Shown here piece by piece: positions 23,169-36,267 of a stretch of DNA of 64,000 bases; within the stretch, counting starts at the first letter, position 1; every line of letters starts with the position of its first letter. The notes beneath the pieces are model-generated. The model was not told the DNA's origin and did no database searches. It worked only from the letters and a program-made list of their open reading frames with translations. Source of the DNA: Eledone cirrhosa (taxonomy: Eukaryota). The position numbers and the translations under genes were made by a program. The stretch lies in the NCBI GenBank assembly GCA_964016885.1, contig OZ024754.1:15190001-15254000 (forward strand), in the 5' to 3' direction.

Positions 23169-23228
<60 letters not shown>

Positions 23229-24307
23229 CAAGGTGCGTTAGCAGCTGAAGTGTAGGATAAAGTTATATCTGAATAAATACAAAGTGTGTATCCGAGACTG
23301 TGTCAGGTCACTCTTGAGTGCTACTGGTAATATGTGAACCAGTACAACCAGTCGCATGGTCGGGTCGTCCGCGACTAAACTGGAAACCCCACCAAAACTT
23401 ACTTGGTGAGGAGAGTGATTTTAGACACCCTGCAGGGCAAAAAACAAAACCTGACAAAGGGCGGGAGAACTCATAAGAGTCAACGGCCATCCAAAAATGT
23501 GTAAATATGTATATACACATGTACATATGGTCTGAAACCCTCCGGTGAGTTAGATAGGGGATGCCTGCCCCTGCATGCGAAGACTGGACTCGGCGGAGTG
23601 AGTGGAGGACGACAACATCGTCCCAACGGTCACGAAGGCGGCGACAGCAAGCGGTGTGGAGCGCTAGGGCACGGCAAGGCACTACAGACGTCGTGGCCAT
23701 CCACTGCAGCCAAGGAAGTCCCTGGTCGTGACGGTCCAACGTACCACCGGATTCTGGATTCTGCGACCGAGTGAGTGGGACCGTCACTGTGCACTGGCCC
23801 TCCCACTATAAACCTCTCCCGCACAGGTTTCTTCTTTGGCGTGCACTCCCAAAGCCCTGCGGTGATGGGCGAGAGGCGGAGATAACAGGTGGAGGTAAAC
23901 TCTGGGAGTTGCCAGTCTCAAACCCACACGAGGCATCAACAGCTGTCCCGAGCGACTCTGGTCTCTTCCTCTGCCCCCACTTTCTCTCTCACGCATACCC
24001 ACACACTTTCTCTTTCACGCACACACACTCTCTCTCACTCACAGACACACACTCTCTCCCTCACTCACACACACACACTCTCTCATTCACACTCACACAC
24101 GCACACACACTCGCTCTCTCTCTCTCACACTCACACACACTTTCTCTCTCTCTATCTCACATACACACACTCACACCCATTCACACACTCACACACTTAC
24201 ACACACATCACAATACAAACGGTAAACTCTCAACTTTCCTATACACAGCACCACACCAACACAACTTTTTATAAGTTTTTATTTTACCAGTCTTATCTAC
24301 TTTATCT

Positions 24308-27300
24308 TTGTCTCTCTATTCTCAATCTAACTTCCTCAGACATCTCTCTATTTGTCTCTCTATTCTCAATGTAACTTCCTCAGTCATCTCTCTATTTGTC
24401 TCTCTATTCTCAATCTCACTTCCTCAGTCATCTCTCTATTTGTCTCTCTATTCTCGATCTAACTTCCTCAGACATCTCTCTATTTGTCTCTCTATTCTCC
24501 ATCTAACTTCCTCAGACATCTCTCTATTTGTCTCTCTATTCTCCATCTAACTTCCTCAGACATCTCTCTATTTGTCTCTCTATTCTCAATCTCACTTCCT
24601 CAGCCATCTCTCTATTTGTCTCTCTATTCTCAATCTCACTTCCTCAGTCATCTCTCTATTTGTCTCTCTATTCTCAATCTAACTTCCTCAGTCATCTCTC
24701 TATTTGTCTCTCTATTCTCAATCTAACTTCCTCAGTCATCTCTCTATTTGTCTCTCTATTCTCAATCTCACTTCCTCAGTCATCTCTCTATTTGTCTCTC
24801 TATTCTCCATCTAACTTCCTCAGACATCTCTCTATTTGTCTCTCTATTCTCCATCTAACTTCCTCAGACATCTCTCTATTTGTCTCTCTATTCTCAATCT
24901 CACTTCCTCAGACATCTCTCTATTTGTCTCTCTATTCTCCATCTAACTTCCTCAGTCATCTCTCTATTTGTCTCTCTATTCTCCATCTAACTTCCTCAGT
25001 CATCTCTCTATTTGTCTCTCTATTCTCAATGTAACTTCCTCAGTCATCTCTCTATTTGTCTCTCTGTTTTCAATCTAATTTCCTCAGTCATCTCTCTATT
25101 ATCCATTTAACTTCCTCAGACATCTCTCTATTTGTCTCTCTATTCTCAATGTAACTTCCCCAGTCATCTCTCTATTTGTCTCTCTATTCTCAATCTAACT
25201 TCCTCAGACATCTCTCTATTTGTCTCTATTCTCCATTTCACTTCCTCAGCCATCTCTCTATTTGTCTCTCTATTCTCCATTTCACTTCCTCAGCCATCTC
25301 TCTATTCCCAATCTCACTTCCTCAGACATCTCTCTATTTGTCTCTCTATTCTCCATCTAACTTCCTCAGTCATCTCTCTATTTGTCTCTCTATTCTCAAT
25401 CTAACTTCCTCAGTCATCTCTCTATTTGTCTCTCTATTCTCCATCTAACTTCCTCAGTCATCTCTGTATTTGTCTCTCTATTCTCCATCTAACTTCCTCA
25501 GTCATCTCTCTATTTGTCTCTCTATTCTCAATGTAACTTCCTCAGACATCTCTCTATTTGTCTCTCTATTCTCAATCTAACTTCCTCAGTCATCTCTCTA
25601 TTTGTCTCTCTATTCTCCATTTCACTTCCTCAGCCATCTCTCTATTTGTCTCTCTATTCTCAATCTAACTTCCTCAGACATCTCTCTATTTGTCTCTCTA
25701 TACTCCATCTAACTTCCTCAGTAATCTCTCTATTTGTCTCTCTATTCTCAATCTAACTTCCTCAGACATCTCTCTATTTGTCTCTCTATTCTCAATCTAA
25801 CTTCCTCAGTCATCTCTCTATTTGTCTCTCTATTATCCATTTCACTTCCTCAGCCATCTCTCTATTTGTCTCTCTATTCCCAATCTAACTTCCTCAGACA
25901 TCTCTCTATTTGTCTCTCTATTCTCCATCTAACTTCCTCAGACATCTCTCTATTTGTCTCTCTATTCTCCATTTCTCTTCCTCAGCCATCTCTCTATTTG
26001 TCTCTCTATTCTCCATTTCACTTCCTCAGCCAACTCTCTATTTGTCTCTCTATTGCCAATCTCACTTCCTCAGACATCTCTCTATTTGTCTCTCTATTCT
26101 CCATCTAACTTCCTCAGTCATCTCTCTATTTGTCTCTCTATTCTCAATCTAACTTCCTCAGACATCTCTCTATTTGTCTCTCTATTCTCCATCTAACTTC
26201 CTCAGACATCTCTCTATTTGTCTCTCTATTCTCCATTTCACTTCCTCAGCCATCTCTCTATTTGTCTCTCTATTCTCCATTTCACTTCCTCAGCCATCTC
26301 TCTATTTGTCTCTCTATTCCCAATCTCACTTCCTCAGACATCTCTCTATTTGTCTCTCTATTCTCCATCTAACTTCCTCAGTCATCTCTCTATTTGTCTC
26401 TCTATTCTCAATCTAACTTCCTCAGACATCTCTCTATTTGTCTCTCTATTCTCAATCTAACTTCCTCAGACATCTCTCTATTTGTCTCTCTATTCTCCAT
26501 CTAACTTCCTCAGACATCTCTCTATTTGTCTCTCTATTCTCAATCTAACTTCCTCAGTCTTCTCACTATTTGTCTCTCTATTCTCAATGTAACTTCCCCA
26601 GTCATCTTCTCTATTTGTCTCTCTATTCTCAATCTAACTTCCTCAGTCATCTCTCTATTTGTCTCTCTATTCTCCATCTAACTTCCTCAGTCATCTCTCT
26701 ATTTGTCTCTCTATTCTCCATCTAACTTCCTCAGACATCTCTCTATTTGTCTCTCTATTCTCCATTTCTCTTCCTCAGCCATCTCTCTATTTGTCTCTCT
26801 ATTCTCCATTTCACTTCCTCAGCCAACTCTCTATTTGTCTCTCTATTGCCAATCTCACTTCCTCAGACATCTCTCTATTTGTCTCTCTATTCTCAATCTA
26901 ACTTCCTCAGTCATCTCTCTATTTGTCTCTCTATTCTCCATTTCACTTCCTCAGCCATCTCTCTATTTGTCTCTCTATTCTCAATCTAACTTCCTCAGAC
27001 ATCTCTCTATTTGTCTCTCTATACTCCATCTAACTTCCTCAGTAATCTCTCTATTTGTCTCTCTATTCTCAATCTAACTTCCTCAGACATCTCTCTATTT
27101 GTCTCTCTATTCTCAATCTAACTTCCTCAGTCATCTCTCTATTTGTCTCTCTATTCTCCATCTAACTTCCTCAGTCATCTCTCTATTTGTCTCTCTATTC
27201 TCAATCTAACTTCCTCAGACATCTCTCTATTTGTCTCTCTATTCTGCATCTAACTTCCTCAGACATCTCTCTATTTGTCTCTCTATTCTCCATTTCTCTT

Positions 27301-28218
27301 CCTCAGCCATCTCTCTATTTGTCTCTCTATTCTCCATTTCACTTCCTCAGCCAACTCTCTATTTGTCTCTCTATTCCCAATCTCACTTCCTCAGACATCT
27401 CTCTATTTGTCTCTCTATTCTCAATCTCACTTCCTCAGTCATCTCTCTATTCGTCTCTCTATTCTCAATCTAACTTCCTCAGACATCTCTCTATTTGTTT
27501 CTCTATTCTCCATCTAACTTCCTCAGACATCTCTCTATTTGTCTCTCTACTCTCCATCTAACTTCCTCAGACATCTCTCTATTTGTCTCTCTATTCTCCA
27601 TTTCACTTCCTCAGCCATCTCTCTATTTGTCTCTCTATTCTCCATTTCACTTCCTCAGCCATCTCTCTATTCCCAATCTCACTTCCTCAGACATCTCTCT
27701 ATTTGTCTCTCTATTCTCCATCTAACTTCCTCAGTCATCTCTCTATTTGTCTCTCTATTCTCAATCTCACTTCCTCAGACATCTCTCTATTTGTCTCTCT
27801 ATTCTCAATCTAACTTCCTCAGACATCTCTCTATTTGTCTCTCTATTCTCCATCTAACTTCCTCAGACATCTCTCTATTTGTCTCTCTATTCTCCATTTC
27901 ACTTCCTCAGCCATCTCTCTATTTGTCTCTCTATTCTCCATTTCACTTCCTCAGCCATCTCTCTATTTGTCTCTCTATTCCCAATCTCACTTCCTCAGAC
28001 ATCTCTCTATTTGTCTCTCTATTCTCCATCTAACTTCCTCAGTCATCTCTCTATTTGTCTCTCTATTCTCAATGTAACTTCCTCAGACATCTCTCTATTT
28101 GTCTCTCTATTCTCCATCTAACTTCCTCAGACATCTCTCTATTTGTCTCTCTATTCTCCATCTAACTTCCTCAGACATCTCTCTATTTGTCTCACTATTC
28201 TCAATCTAACTTCCTCAG
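24308..28218. repeat. 44-bp pyrimidine-rich minisatellite (~89 units)
   Basis: Unit TCTCTCTATTTGTCTCTCTATTCTC(A/C)AT(C/T)T(A/C)ACTTCCTCAG(A/T/C)CA, head-to-tail with no spacers. Confidence 0.97.
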
Positions 28219-28363
28219 AAATGAGTCTGGGGTTCGTTGTTTATGCTCATGTGTATGGGTATACATTCACACATACGCACACGTACGCTCACACACATAC
28301 AGTTACACACACACATACACACATACATATATATATATACATATATATATCTATGTGTGTGTG

Positions 28364-28418
<55 letters not shown>

Positions 28419-28937
28419 ACACACACACACACACACATACATACACACATGCACACATATATATATACAAATACACATATATATATATGTGTGTAATATA
28501 TATTACACACACACATACACACATATATATATTATACACCCACACACACATATATATATATACATACATATATATATGTGTGTGTGTGTAATATATATAT
28601 AATACACACACATATATATATATATACATATACATGTGTGTGTGTAATATATATATACATATCATATACACACACACATATATATATTAGTGTGTGTGTG
28701 TGTGTAATATATATATATATATATTATATACACACACAGAGACACACACACATGTATAAGTGTGTGTCTGTGTGTGTATGCGGCAGAGAGAGAGAGAGTA
28801 AGAAAGAAAGAGAAGTATTGTCAATGGGCATGTCTGGGTTTGAATTATCAACCAATGCGAAAGTCTTTCGTTTCCCACATTAAACAGGGAAATGATTAAT
28901 TTTATACAATTTCAGTAGATTTGTCCATAGTCTAGAC

Positions 28938-29677
28938 CAAAGTTTCTCAACGGGGGGTATATGCACCCCGGGGGGCGTTTCGTAACTCCAGGGGGGCGTT
29001 TGGGAGCGAGGTCGCGTTAGGGGGGCGTTTGGAGCTGGGGGAGGGGGGAAGAGGGCGCTGGAAGGCTCTTTATTTTGGTAAGTTTTATAAGCCATATTTG
29101 TATGTCTTTGAGACAGCCAGTGTGAATGCATTTGAATGAGCTTGCATAACTATAGTCTGACCGCAGCTGTGAGCAGGTGTGCAGGCATGTCCGGTAATTG
29201 AGACGTTAACCGGTAATTGAGATCCTAAAAATGGAAAAACCCACAGTCAAGTGGGTCAAAGACACTTTGAGCGCAGCCAGTTAGAATCTTATCTTTCCTT
29301 CACCGATAACAATGTATTTCATGTCTGAAATTATTGACTCAACCACAACGAGTTATCACTATGTAGATCTATTTTATTCCCTATTGTATAATTATTATTA
29401 CAAATAAAAAAAAAAGAAAAGAAAAAACAGAAGCGAGTAGCACACACATCTAGGACCACATACAACACATAATCAGATAATACACACATCTAGGACCACA
29501 TACAACACATAATCAGATAATACACACATCTTTGGAATATTGTTAATCAATTTTTTAGTACTTTACTGATATAAAAATCAGTAGTATATTGAAAAATGGA
29601 AAAATAGGGGGTGGGGTCGTTTCGTGATTTCGAGGGACAAAAGGGGGCGTTTGACCTAAATGGGTTGAGAACCTGTG
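28938..29677. mobile_element. hAT (Charlie-like) MITE
   Basis: Imperfect TIRs CAAAGTTTCTCAAC / GTTGAGAACCTGTG, with 8-bp TSD GTCTAGAC at 28930-28937 and 29678-29685. Confidence 0.8.
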
Positions 29678-29685
29678 GTCTAGAC

Positions 29686-30030
29686 CATTGGTTCCCAACC
29701 AGGGGGCCATGGCCCAACAATGGGCCATAGCAAGTTATTGGGGGGGGGGGGGGGGGCACGAGAATTAACTAAAAATCACAAAATTTCATACATAAAAAAG
29801 AAAAGTAGTTTCCTAACATAATATTTTCTTTTTCTTGCTTCAAATTTTTATATTCAACTTTTTATCAACTTTCTACCTTTTCTAATTAGGATTTTACTTC
29901 ACAAATAAAAAGACATGCCAAAATTATTTCTACATAAAAAAGTGATATCAAAAATTTTAATTTTTTGGCTGCCATACTGTCTTGCTATATCATTAAGGTG
30001 GAATTTATTATAAAAGGTTGGGAACCGCTG
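29686..30030. mobile_element. Second hAT (Charlie-like) MITE
   Basis: TIRs CATTGGTTCCCAACC / GGTTGGGAACCGCTG, with TSD GTCTAGAC / ATCTAGAC (30031-30038). Confidence 0.8.
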
Positions 30031-30169
30031 ATCTAGACTGTTTCTTGAGGTACCCGGCTTCGCCCAGGAGAACAAAGAAAACGTCTGTATTGGATGTGTT
30101 TTCTGGTATGAGGTGAGACCGTAATGTGTGTATGAGAGAGACATAAAAAAAAATCATAAAACTTCCTTA

Positions 30170-30350
30170 TTACGCTGGGGGGAGTAAACTGACGATTAAA
30201 TGGTAGCATTGGCCTTGGATTCTAAATGTCAAAAAACCATAGTCAGTATGATCCTTTTCAGCCCCAAAAGACGTCATCTGAAGCACAGCAATATACCGCA
30301 TAACATTCTGAAGTGTTGCTTCATTAGTACAATCTGTAAGTAGTATATGG
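30170..30350 (-). pseudogene. Helitron RepHel fragment
   Basis: LQNVMRYIAVLQMTSFGA...TFRIQGQCYHLIVSLLP resembles the conserved Helitron N.R.YN..FQMTSFGA..TF.IQGQ.YH.IGSLLP block. Confidence 0.7.
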
Positions 30351-30557
30351 ATAAAAGCTGGAGGGTAAATTAATTTCAAATAGTATCAATTTTTCTCTGT
30401 CCTGTAAAATCAAAGACTGTAAAACGACTTTATAAAAGCTAACGCAATATTGTTAAGCCTTCCTATAGATCAAAGGATCTATGGTTTAAGCCGTTCTAGA
30501 CTTTCGTTTGACGTTACTCTCTCTCTCTTCCTCTCTCTCTCTCTTCCTCTCTCTCTC

Positions 30558-30615
<58 letters not shown>

Positions 30616-30734
30616 ATCTACCACTTTAATTGTATCTCTCACTGTATAACGGCCTATCTCTCTCTTTCTGCCTCTCCTTCTCTCTCTTTAGATGTGTGTA
30701 TATGTATTTGTGTGTGTGTGTACATCTTTCCTTT

Positions 30735-30922
30735 GGTGAATTGGCAGTATCGGTAGAGGGTCGGACGCCATGCTTTCCAGCATAGTTACGTCCCTTTACG
30801 ATCTGAATTCAAATCCCGCCGAGGTTGACTTTGCCTTTCATCCTTACGGGGTCGATAAAATAAAGTACCAGTAATGTACTGGATAATTGCTGGCCTTGTG
30901 CCAAAAAGTAGAAACAATTATT
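30735..30922 (+). mobile_element. tRNA-head SINE
   Basis: Full consensus ggtgaattggcagtatcggtagag...agtagaaacaattatt. Confidence 0.88.
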
Positions 30923-30977
30923 TATAGATATACACTACCCCTCTCCAACTTCACATCTCCCGACTCCTTCAGTAATA

Positions 30978-31492
30978 TAACAACAGCAACGTCCTAGATG
31001 ATAGCAACAACAGCAACTACAACAACAACAACTACACCAACAACAGCAACTACCAACAACAACAACTACACCAACAACAGCAACTACAACAACAACAACA
31101 ACAACAACAACAACAGAAACAACAGTAACAACAACAACAGCAACAACAGTAACAACAACAACAGCAACAACAACAACAACAACAGCAACTACAACAACAA
31201 CAACTACACCAACAACAGCAACTACAACAACAACAACAACAACAGCAACAACAGCAACAACAACAACAACAACAGCAACAACAACAACAGCAACAACAAC
31301 TACACTAACAACAGCAACTACAACAACAACAACAGCAACAACAACAACAACTACAACAACAACTACAACAGCAACAACTACAACAACAACAACAACTACA
31401 ACAACAACAACTACACCAACAACAGCAACAACACCAACTACAACAACAACTAAACCAACAACAACAATAACAAAAACAACAACAACTACACC

Positions 31493-31530
<38 letters not shown>

Positions 31531-31717
31531 CTACACCAACACCAACAATAGCAACAACAACAACTACACCAACAACAGCAACAACAGCAACAACAGCAAC
31601 AACAACAACTACACCAACAACAGCAACAACAACAACAACAGCAACTACACCACCAACAACAACAACAGCAACTACACCAACAACAACAACAACAACAACA
31701 GCAACAACAACAACAAC
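30978..31717. repeat. Long degenerate (AAC)n trinucleotide array
   Basis: AAC/AGC/TAC/ACC triplets over ~740 bp. Confidence 0.95.
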
Positions 31718-32121
31718 GTCATCAGCAGCTGCAACACGAATAAATTAATTGAAAACCAATGAGAATAAATTATTTTTCTTCCCAATTCTTTATAATAATC
31801 AACCTAACGTCTATCTTGTTTCTATTTTATTTTGATATCTGTATAATGAAAGAGTTTGGCTATGTCCATGCTGGAGTACTACCGTCATTTACTTAAGATA
31901 TTTTTAGTGAAATAGGTATCACCTATGCAGTAACATGATCTGTTAAAAATAGCAGTTGAAATACAGCAATGAAAATACAACACCATACATCTGATGATGA
32001 GTCTCTGAAAGTCTAGAAACACGGATTAGCAACTTTATTGTTCGACCTGGTTCAAATAGGCAAGACACGAACATAAGTCATATTTCAAATAATACATATT
32101 TCACAAAAAAGTTGTTACCCC

Positions 32122-32157
<36 letters not shown>

Positions 32158-32179
32158 CTGTGTGTGTGTGTGTGTGTGT

Positions 32180-32247
<68 letters not shown>

Positions 32248-32264
32248 ATTATAAAGAATCGGAA

Positions 32265-32353
32265 CCCGACGGCTGAGCTCTTGTCGTTTCAACAGCTAGT
32301 TCCGGCCTGTAAGCCGACCGGCCTAGCGGTCAACTGGCCATATCATCAGGGGG
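32265..32353 (-). ncRNA. Type I HHR with long stem II (diverged) in a PLE-like terminal fragment
   Basis: Minus strand: cccc CUGAUGA uauggccaguu...aacuagcuguu GAAA cgac aagagcuca gccg UC ggg. Confidence 0.6.
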
Positions 32354-32559
32354 AAGTTTGTCAATATAAGGGAATAAATTGTCCAACCAATTGTAAATTC
32401 TTTTTATAGGATGGTGCAGAAAAGTTTTAGATTGAATTGATTGTATTTTATATATACAGATACACATACATACATTTTAATATATCTGGTTCTATCCTGA
32501 TACACACACACACACACACACATATATATTTGAGGTACGATGAGTAGTATCTCCGACAG

Positions 32560-33500
32560 CAGCCTGGTAGTCAACCACTGGTCTCACTTTATAACTGTGA
32601 AGATGACTTGAGTCCATTTTTGTTGAGACAGAGTCTCGCACATATGCTGCATGTCAGCGCCATGGGAGGACCTTTGCTGTCTGGAAATGTAACAGCAATG
32701 CCCTCTTTCCCCTCATGTACAGACTTTCTCCATTCATTACGACCAGCAGATACGCTTTTCCATGTATCAGCAGAGACGTTAGCCTATTTCAATGGATCCT
32801 TATAACTCTTTTTTGGTTTAATTGGAGGCCGTTATCCTTTAACTAACTCTCCATAAAAGATTTGTTTTGGTATCCCAGAATCCTTCATCTCGGCAAGGTG
32901 ACCACTCCAACGGAGTCTTTGCTTAAGCACAAGAGCTTCAATGCTTTCACACAGAGAGCTTTCCAAAATCTCTCATCACTGATGTGGTCCCTCCAGTGAA
33001 CTCCATGGATCCGTCTGAGACACATCTGATGGAAACGTTCCAATTGTTTAAGGTGGTGCCGATATGTGACCCAGGTCTCGCAGGCATAAAGAAGAAAGCA
33101 CACATGACTTGTACATTTTTACCTTTGTCTTCTTGCATGTTTCGCCGACCCCAGAGGCGCCATTCTAGCTTTCCGAAAGCATCATTTGCTTTCCTAATCC
33201 TGTGTGGAATCTCATTATCAAGATTGTTGTATCGATTGACAGTGCTTCCCAAGTAGACAAATTGATCAACTACTCCAAATGGTTTACTATACACATAGAT
33301 ATTTGGTTCATTGTACTGCTTACCATGGCGACGGTTTTATTGAGACGGATAGTCAATCCTAGGCAGTGCAAGCATCAGAAAATGCATTCAAAATGTGCTG
33401 CATATAAATATCTGTGTGCGCTATAAGATGGCAATCATCTGCATACAAGAGGCCTCTTATGATAGAGGTAAATGCTTTTGTTTTTGCAGCAAAGCGCATG
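32560..33500 (-). mobile_element. RTE (BovB-like) LINE fragment, decayed
   Basis: VVDQFVYLGS..LDNEI..RI.KA..AFGKL..RLW and LLYACETWVTYRHHLKQLERFHQMCLRRI in fragmented frames. Confidence 0.8.
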
Positions 33501-33571
33501 ATGTTAAATATTCTGCCAGGGGTTCAATAGTCGACGTAAACACCGTGCTTCCAATGTATATATATATATAT

Positions 33572-34065
33572 TCTCTGTTAGCCTCTTCCTCACCCTTCAC
33601 TCACTCACTCTTTTCTACTCCCTCTCCTACTTCCTCCCGTTTGACCTGTGCGTAATTCTTTTCTCGCGCACACTTGACCAGGTTGGTTGTTCCTTTTTTT
33701 CTCTCTTGTCTACGATTTCACAGAACTTATGTTCACCGAATTCAGGGACTAGACTCCTTCTTCCTCCCGTTTGACCTGTACGGAATTCTTTCCTTGCTCA
33801 CATTTCGACTAGGTTTGCTGTTCTTTATTCTCTCTCGTTCACGATTTCACAGAACTTATATTCATAGAAATCTGGGACTTGACTCCTTCTTCCTCACTTT
33901 TCGTTGCATTACCATCTTTGATTGTTTACAGTCTCGCTCGTTCCCTTATTTACGTGTCCCAACGACTTTCTTTAGCCGTTGCTCGCACCAACCGGAGGTA
34001 TATGGTCTTTAAAGTGATGAAATACCAATGAAGGTTGGAAGATCACTGATGAAGGACTAACTTTA

Positions 34066-34070
<5 letters not shown>
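33572..34070 (+). repeat. Dispersed repeat (possible PLE terminal region) related to 650-960
   Basis: Shares gcctcttcctcac..cttcctcccgtttgacct.tg...ttttctcgc with 720-830. Ends CTGATGAaggac..ttattc(AT)n. Confidence 0.5.
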
Positions 34071-34108
<38 letters not shown>

Positions 34109-34122
34109 GTGTATGTATATAC

Positions 34123-34367
34123 AGTTGTAATAAAATGAAAACGAAATTTCATTTCTCACTCTTAGTACGGCACTTACTTAAATGTAAGTATGTATGTATA
34201 CGTACATACATATATGTATACAGACGTACAGTACACAAAAAGGTGACGTGGTTGCCTTAACACCGTGCGGCATAAATTCAGGCTGTTCAGTTTGTTTACA
34301 AACGAACAAAGCGGCGTTATAATAAGCGTCCGCTAAACTCATACGTACATATATGTATGTATACCTG

Positions 34368-34457
<90 letters not shown>

Positions 34458-34810
34458 TATACATACAGGTACACATACATATATGTACGCATCAGTTTAG
34501 CGGACGCTTATTATAGCGCCCGCTTTGTTCGTTTGTAAACAAACTGAACAGCCTGAATTTATGCCGCACGGTGTTAAGGCAACCACGTCACCTTTTTGTG
34601 TTCAACACTGACACAGGAACGATGTACTAGTTTCAAGCTTGTTAGCTATCATCAGCACCGTATACCCATCTGCCAGATAGTTGAACGTTCGAAAGTATAT
34701 ACTTTCCTTATGAAAATTAACGGCTGAGCAGCCTAATTTGCATATCGAGTGAGTTAAATCGGTCAGGCGCACCGAAAACGATGAGTTGTAATAAAATGAA
34801 AACGAAATTT
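34123..34810 (-). mobile_element. Candidate retrozyme copy 2 with an internal inversion around (TA)n
   Basis: Direct repeat gttgtaataaaatgaaaacgaaattt at 34123 and 34785. HHR at 34619-34661 and octamer at 34736-34743. Inverted arms at ~34235-34375 and ~34455-34600. Confidence 0.75.
34619..34661 (-). ncRNA. Minimal type I hammerhead ribozyme (best-conserved retrozyme copy)
   Basis: acggug CUGAUGA uagc uaacaa gcuu GAAA CUAG UA caucgu. Canonical core with palindromic ACUAGU stem III. Confidence 0.82.
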
Positions 34811-35140
34811 AAAATGTAATTTGTTCTCTAATTACAGAACAAATCGGAACTATTAGATATATCAACCTGAAACTGTTGAGCTTTAAATTTTCTAACCTCT
34901 TTAATATGGAATATTGATTATTAATTTTTTAACTTCATCCTATAAGTCTAAACATTGTAACACACTGACCCCCAATATATTCACCTCTGCTAAGATGCGG
35001 GTCCCTGTGAACATTTTATCGCGCCACTCCTGGCCCGACTGTGGTGTGACATTAATATCGACCTTCCTTCCTCTCTCTTTCTATCTTCCTTCTTGTAGCT
35101 ATCAACCATTACTCTTTTACTTCTCCAAGCAAAATTTTAA

Positions 35141-35331
35141 AGTTCCAACTTTCTGTCGGACTGTTGGGTGGGTTTTAATGGCGGCGCGACCGGCTCCCTG
35201 GCGAACGAGCTCACCTGGAGTGCTTGGAAAAATAAATTTCCCCTTCTTTCGGTAAATGAAAATACTCGGCGTAGCTTAATTCGCCGTGGGGCCCGGGGCG
35301 CGGCCGGTGTTTTAACCGCCACATAGTACCT
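35141..35331. mobile_element. GC-rich hairpin MITE with TTAA flanks (Kolobok-like)
   Basis: TTAA|AG...CT|TTAA, with internal inverted arms gcgc-ccgg-ctccc-ggcgaa-agct / agct-ttcgcc-ggggc-ccgg-gcgc. Confidence 0.5.
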
Positions 35332-35427
35332 TTAAATTACAGAACAAATCGGAACTATTATATAATAAAATGTTAAACTGTTGAACTTTAAATTTTCTAA
35401 CCTCTTTAATATTGAATATTGATTATT

Positions 35428-35610
35428 GTGGATTGGCAGTATCGGTAGAGGGTTGGACGCCATGCTTTCCAGCATAGTTACGTCCCTTTACGATCTGAGT
35501 TCAAATCCCGCCGAGGTTGACTTTGCCTTTCATCCTTACGGGGTCGATAAAATAAAGTACCAGTAATGCACTGGGTAATTGCTGGCCTTGTGCCTAAAGT
35601 AGAAAAAAAA
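35428..35610 (+). mobile_element. tRNA-head SINE inserted in the second copy of a local duplication
   Basis: SINE consensus interrupts the sequence duplicated from 34829-35126 at gattatt|. Confidence 0.88.
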
Positions 35611-36209
35611 TATATTATTTTTTTAACTTCATCCTAGAAGTCTAAACACTGCAACACACTGACTCCCAATATATTCATCTCTGCTAAGATGCGGGTCCCT
35701 GTGAAAATTTTCTCGCGCCACTCCTGGCTTGACTGTGGTCTGGCATTAATATCGACCTTTCTTCCTCTTTCTTTCTATCTTCCTTCTTGTAGCCATCAAC
35801 CCTTACTTTTCTACTTCTCTCTTCTCTTCCTTCTCTTCTCCCCTCTTCCTGTCTTCCTCCCGCAGACTTATCTTCCTTCCCCCTCTTGCTTGCCTATATC
35901 TGACCGGTAGTAGTTGCCTTTCTTCTTTTAGCTGACATTAACCCTGGCTTCTCTTCTTCTTTCTTCCCCCTTCTTCTCTCTCCTTCCTTTCTTTCTTTCT
36001 TTTACCTTGTGTCATGAGATCGACGTTAACTTATGTTCCCATCCCTTTCTGTTTTCGTTTATCTGACCGGTAGTAGCATACTATAAACTTTAGCCACGTC
36101 ACTCCAGGGCGACCGGCTGAGGTTGAAGGAACAGAATAGCGGTCGCCCTCGGGTCCTCGATTTTCAGCCGCATGGATTTTATCTATTACATTCACGTATT
36201 ATATTTCGA

Positions 36210-36267
36210 ATACCTGATGATATCACCGGATTCATACGGAACCCGGTCATTGAAATGATCATAGTAT
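36210..36267 (+). ncRNA. Minimal type I HHR, slightly decayed
   Basis: auac CUGAUGA uaucaccgg..ccggucauu GAAA UGAUCA UA guau. Palindromic stem III and accgg/ccggu in stem II. Confidence 0.65.

Noticed and set aside
24308-28218. CRISPR array or repetitive protein (many overlapping 80-aa ORFs)
   Set aside because: Units are contiguous with no unique spacers, there are no cas genes, and the ORFs are artefacts of a 44-bp period.
30735-30830. tRNA gene
   Set aside because: The A/B boxes belong to the multi-copy SINE head and no cloverleaf is evident.
30998-31453. Poly-Asn protein
   Set aside because: It is an AAC microsatellite with no flanking coding context.
31985-32030. Hammerhead at CTGATGATGAGTC..GAAAC
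   Set aside because: Stems I-III could not be paired convincingly.
34005-34070. Complete HHR or SECIS at CTGATGA (also ~57452)
   Set aside because: No downstream GAAA half exists before the TA tract, and the permuted or SECIS folds are weak.
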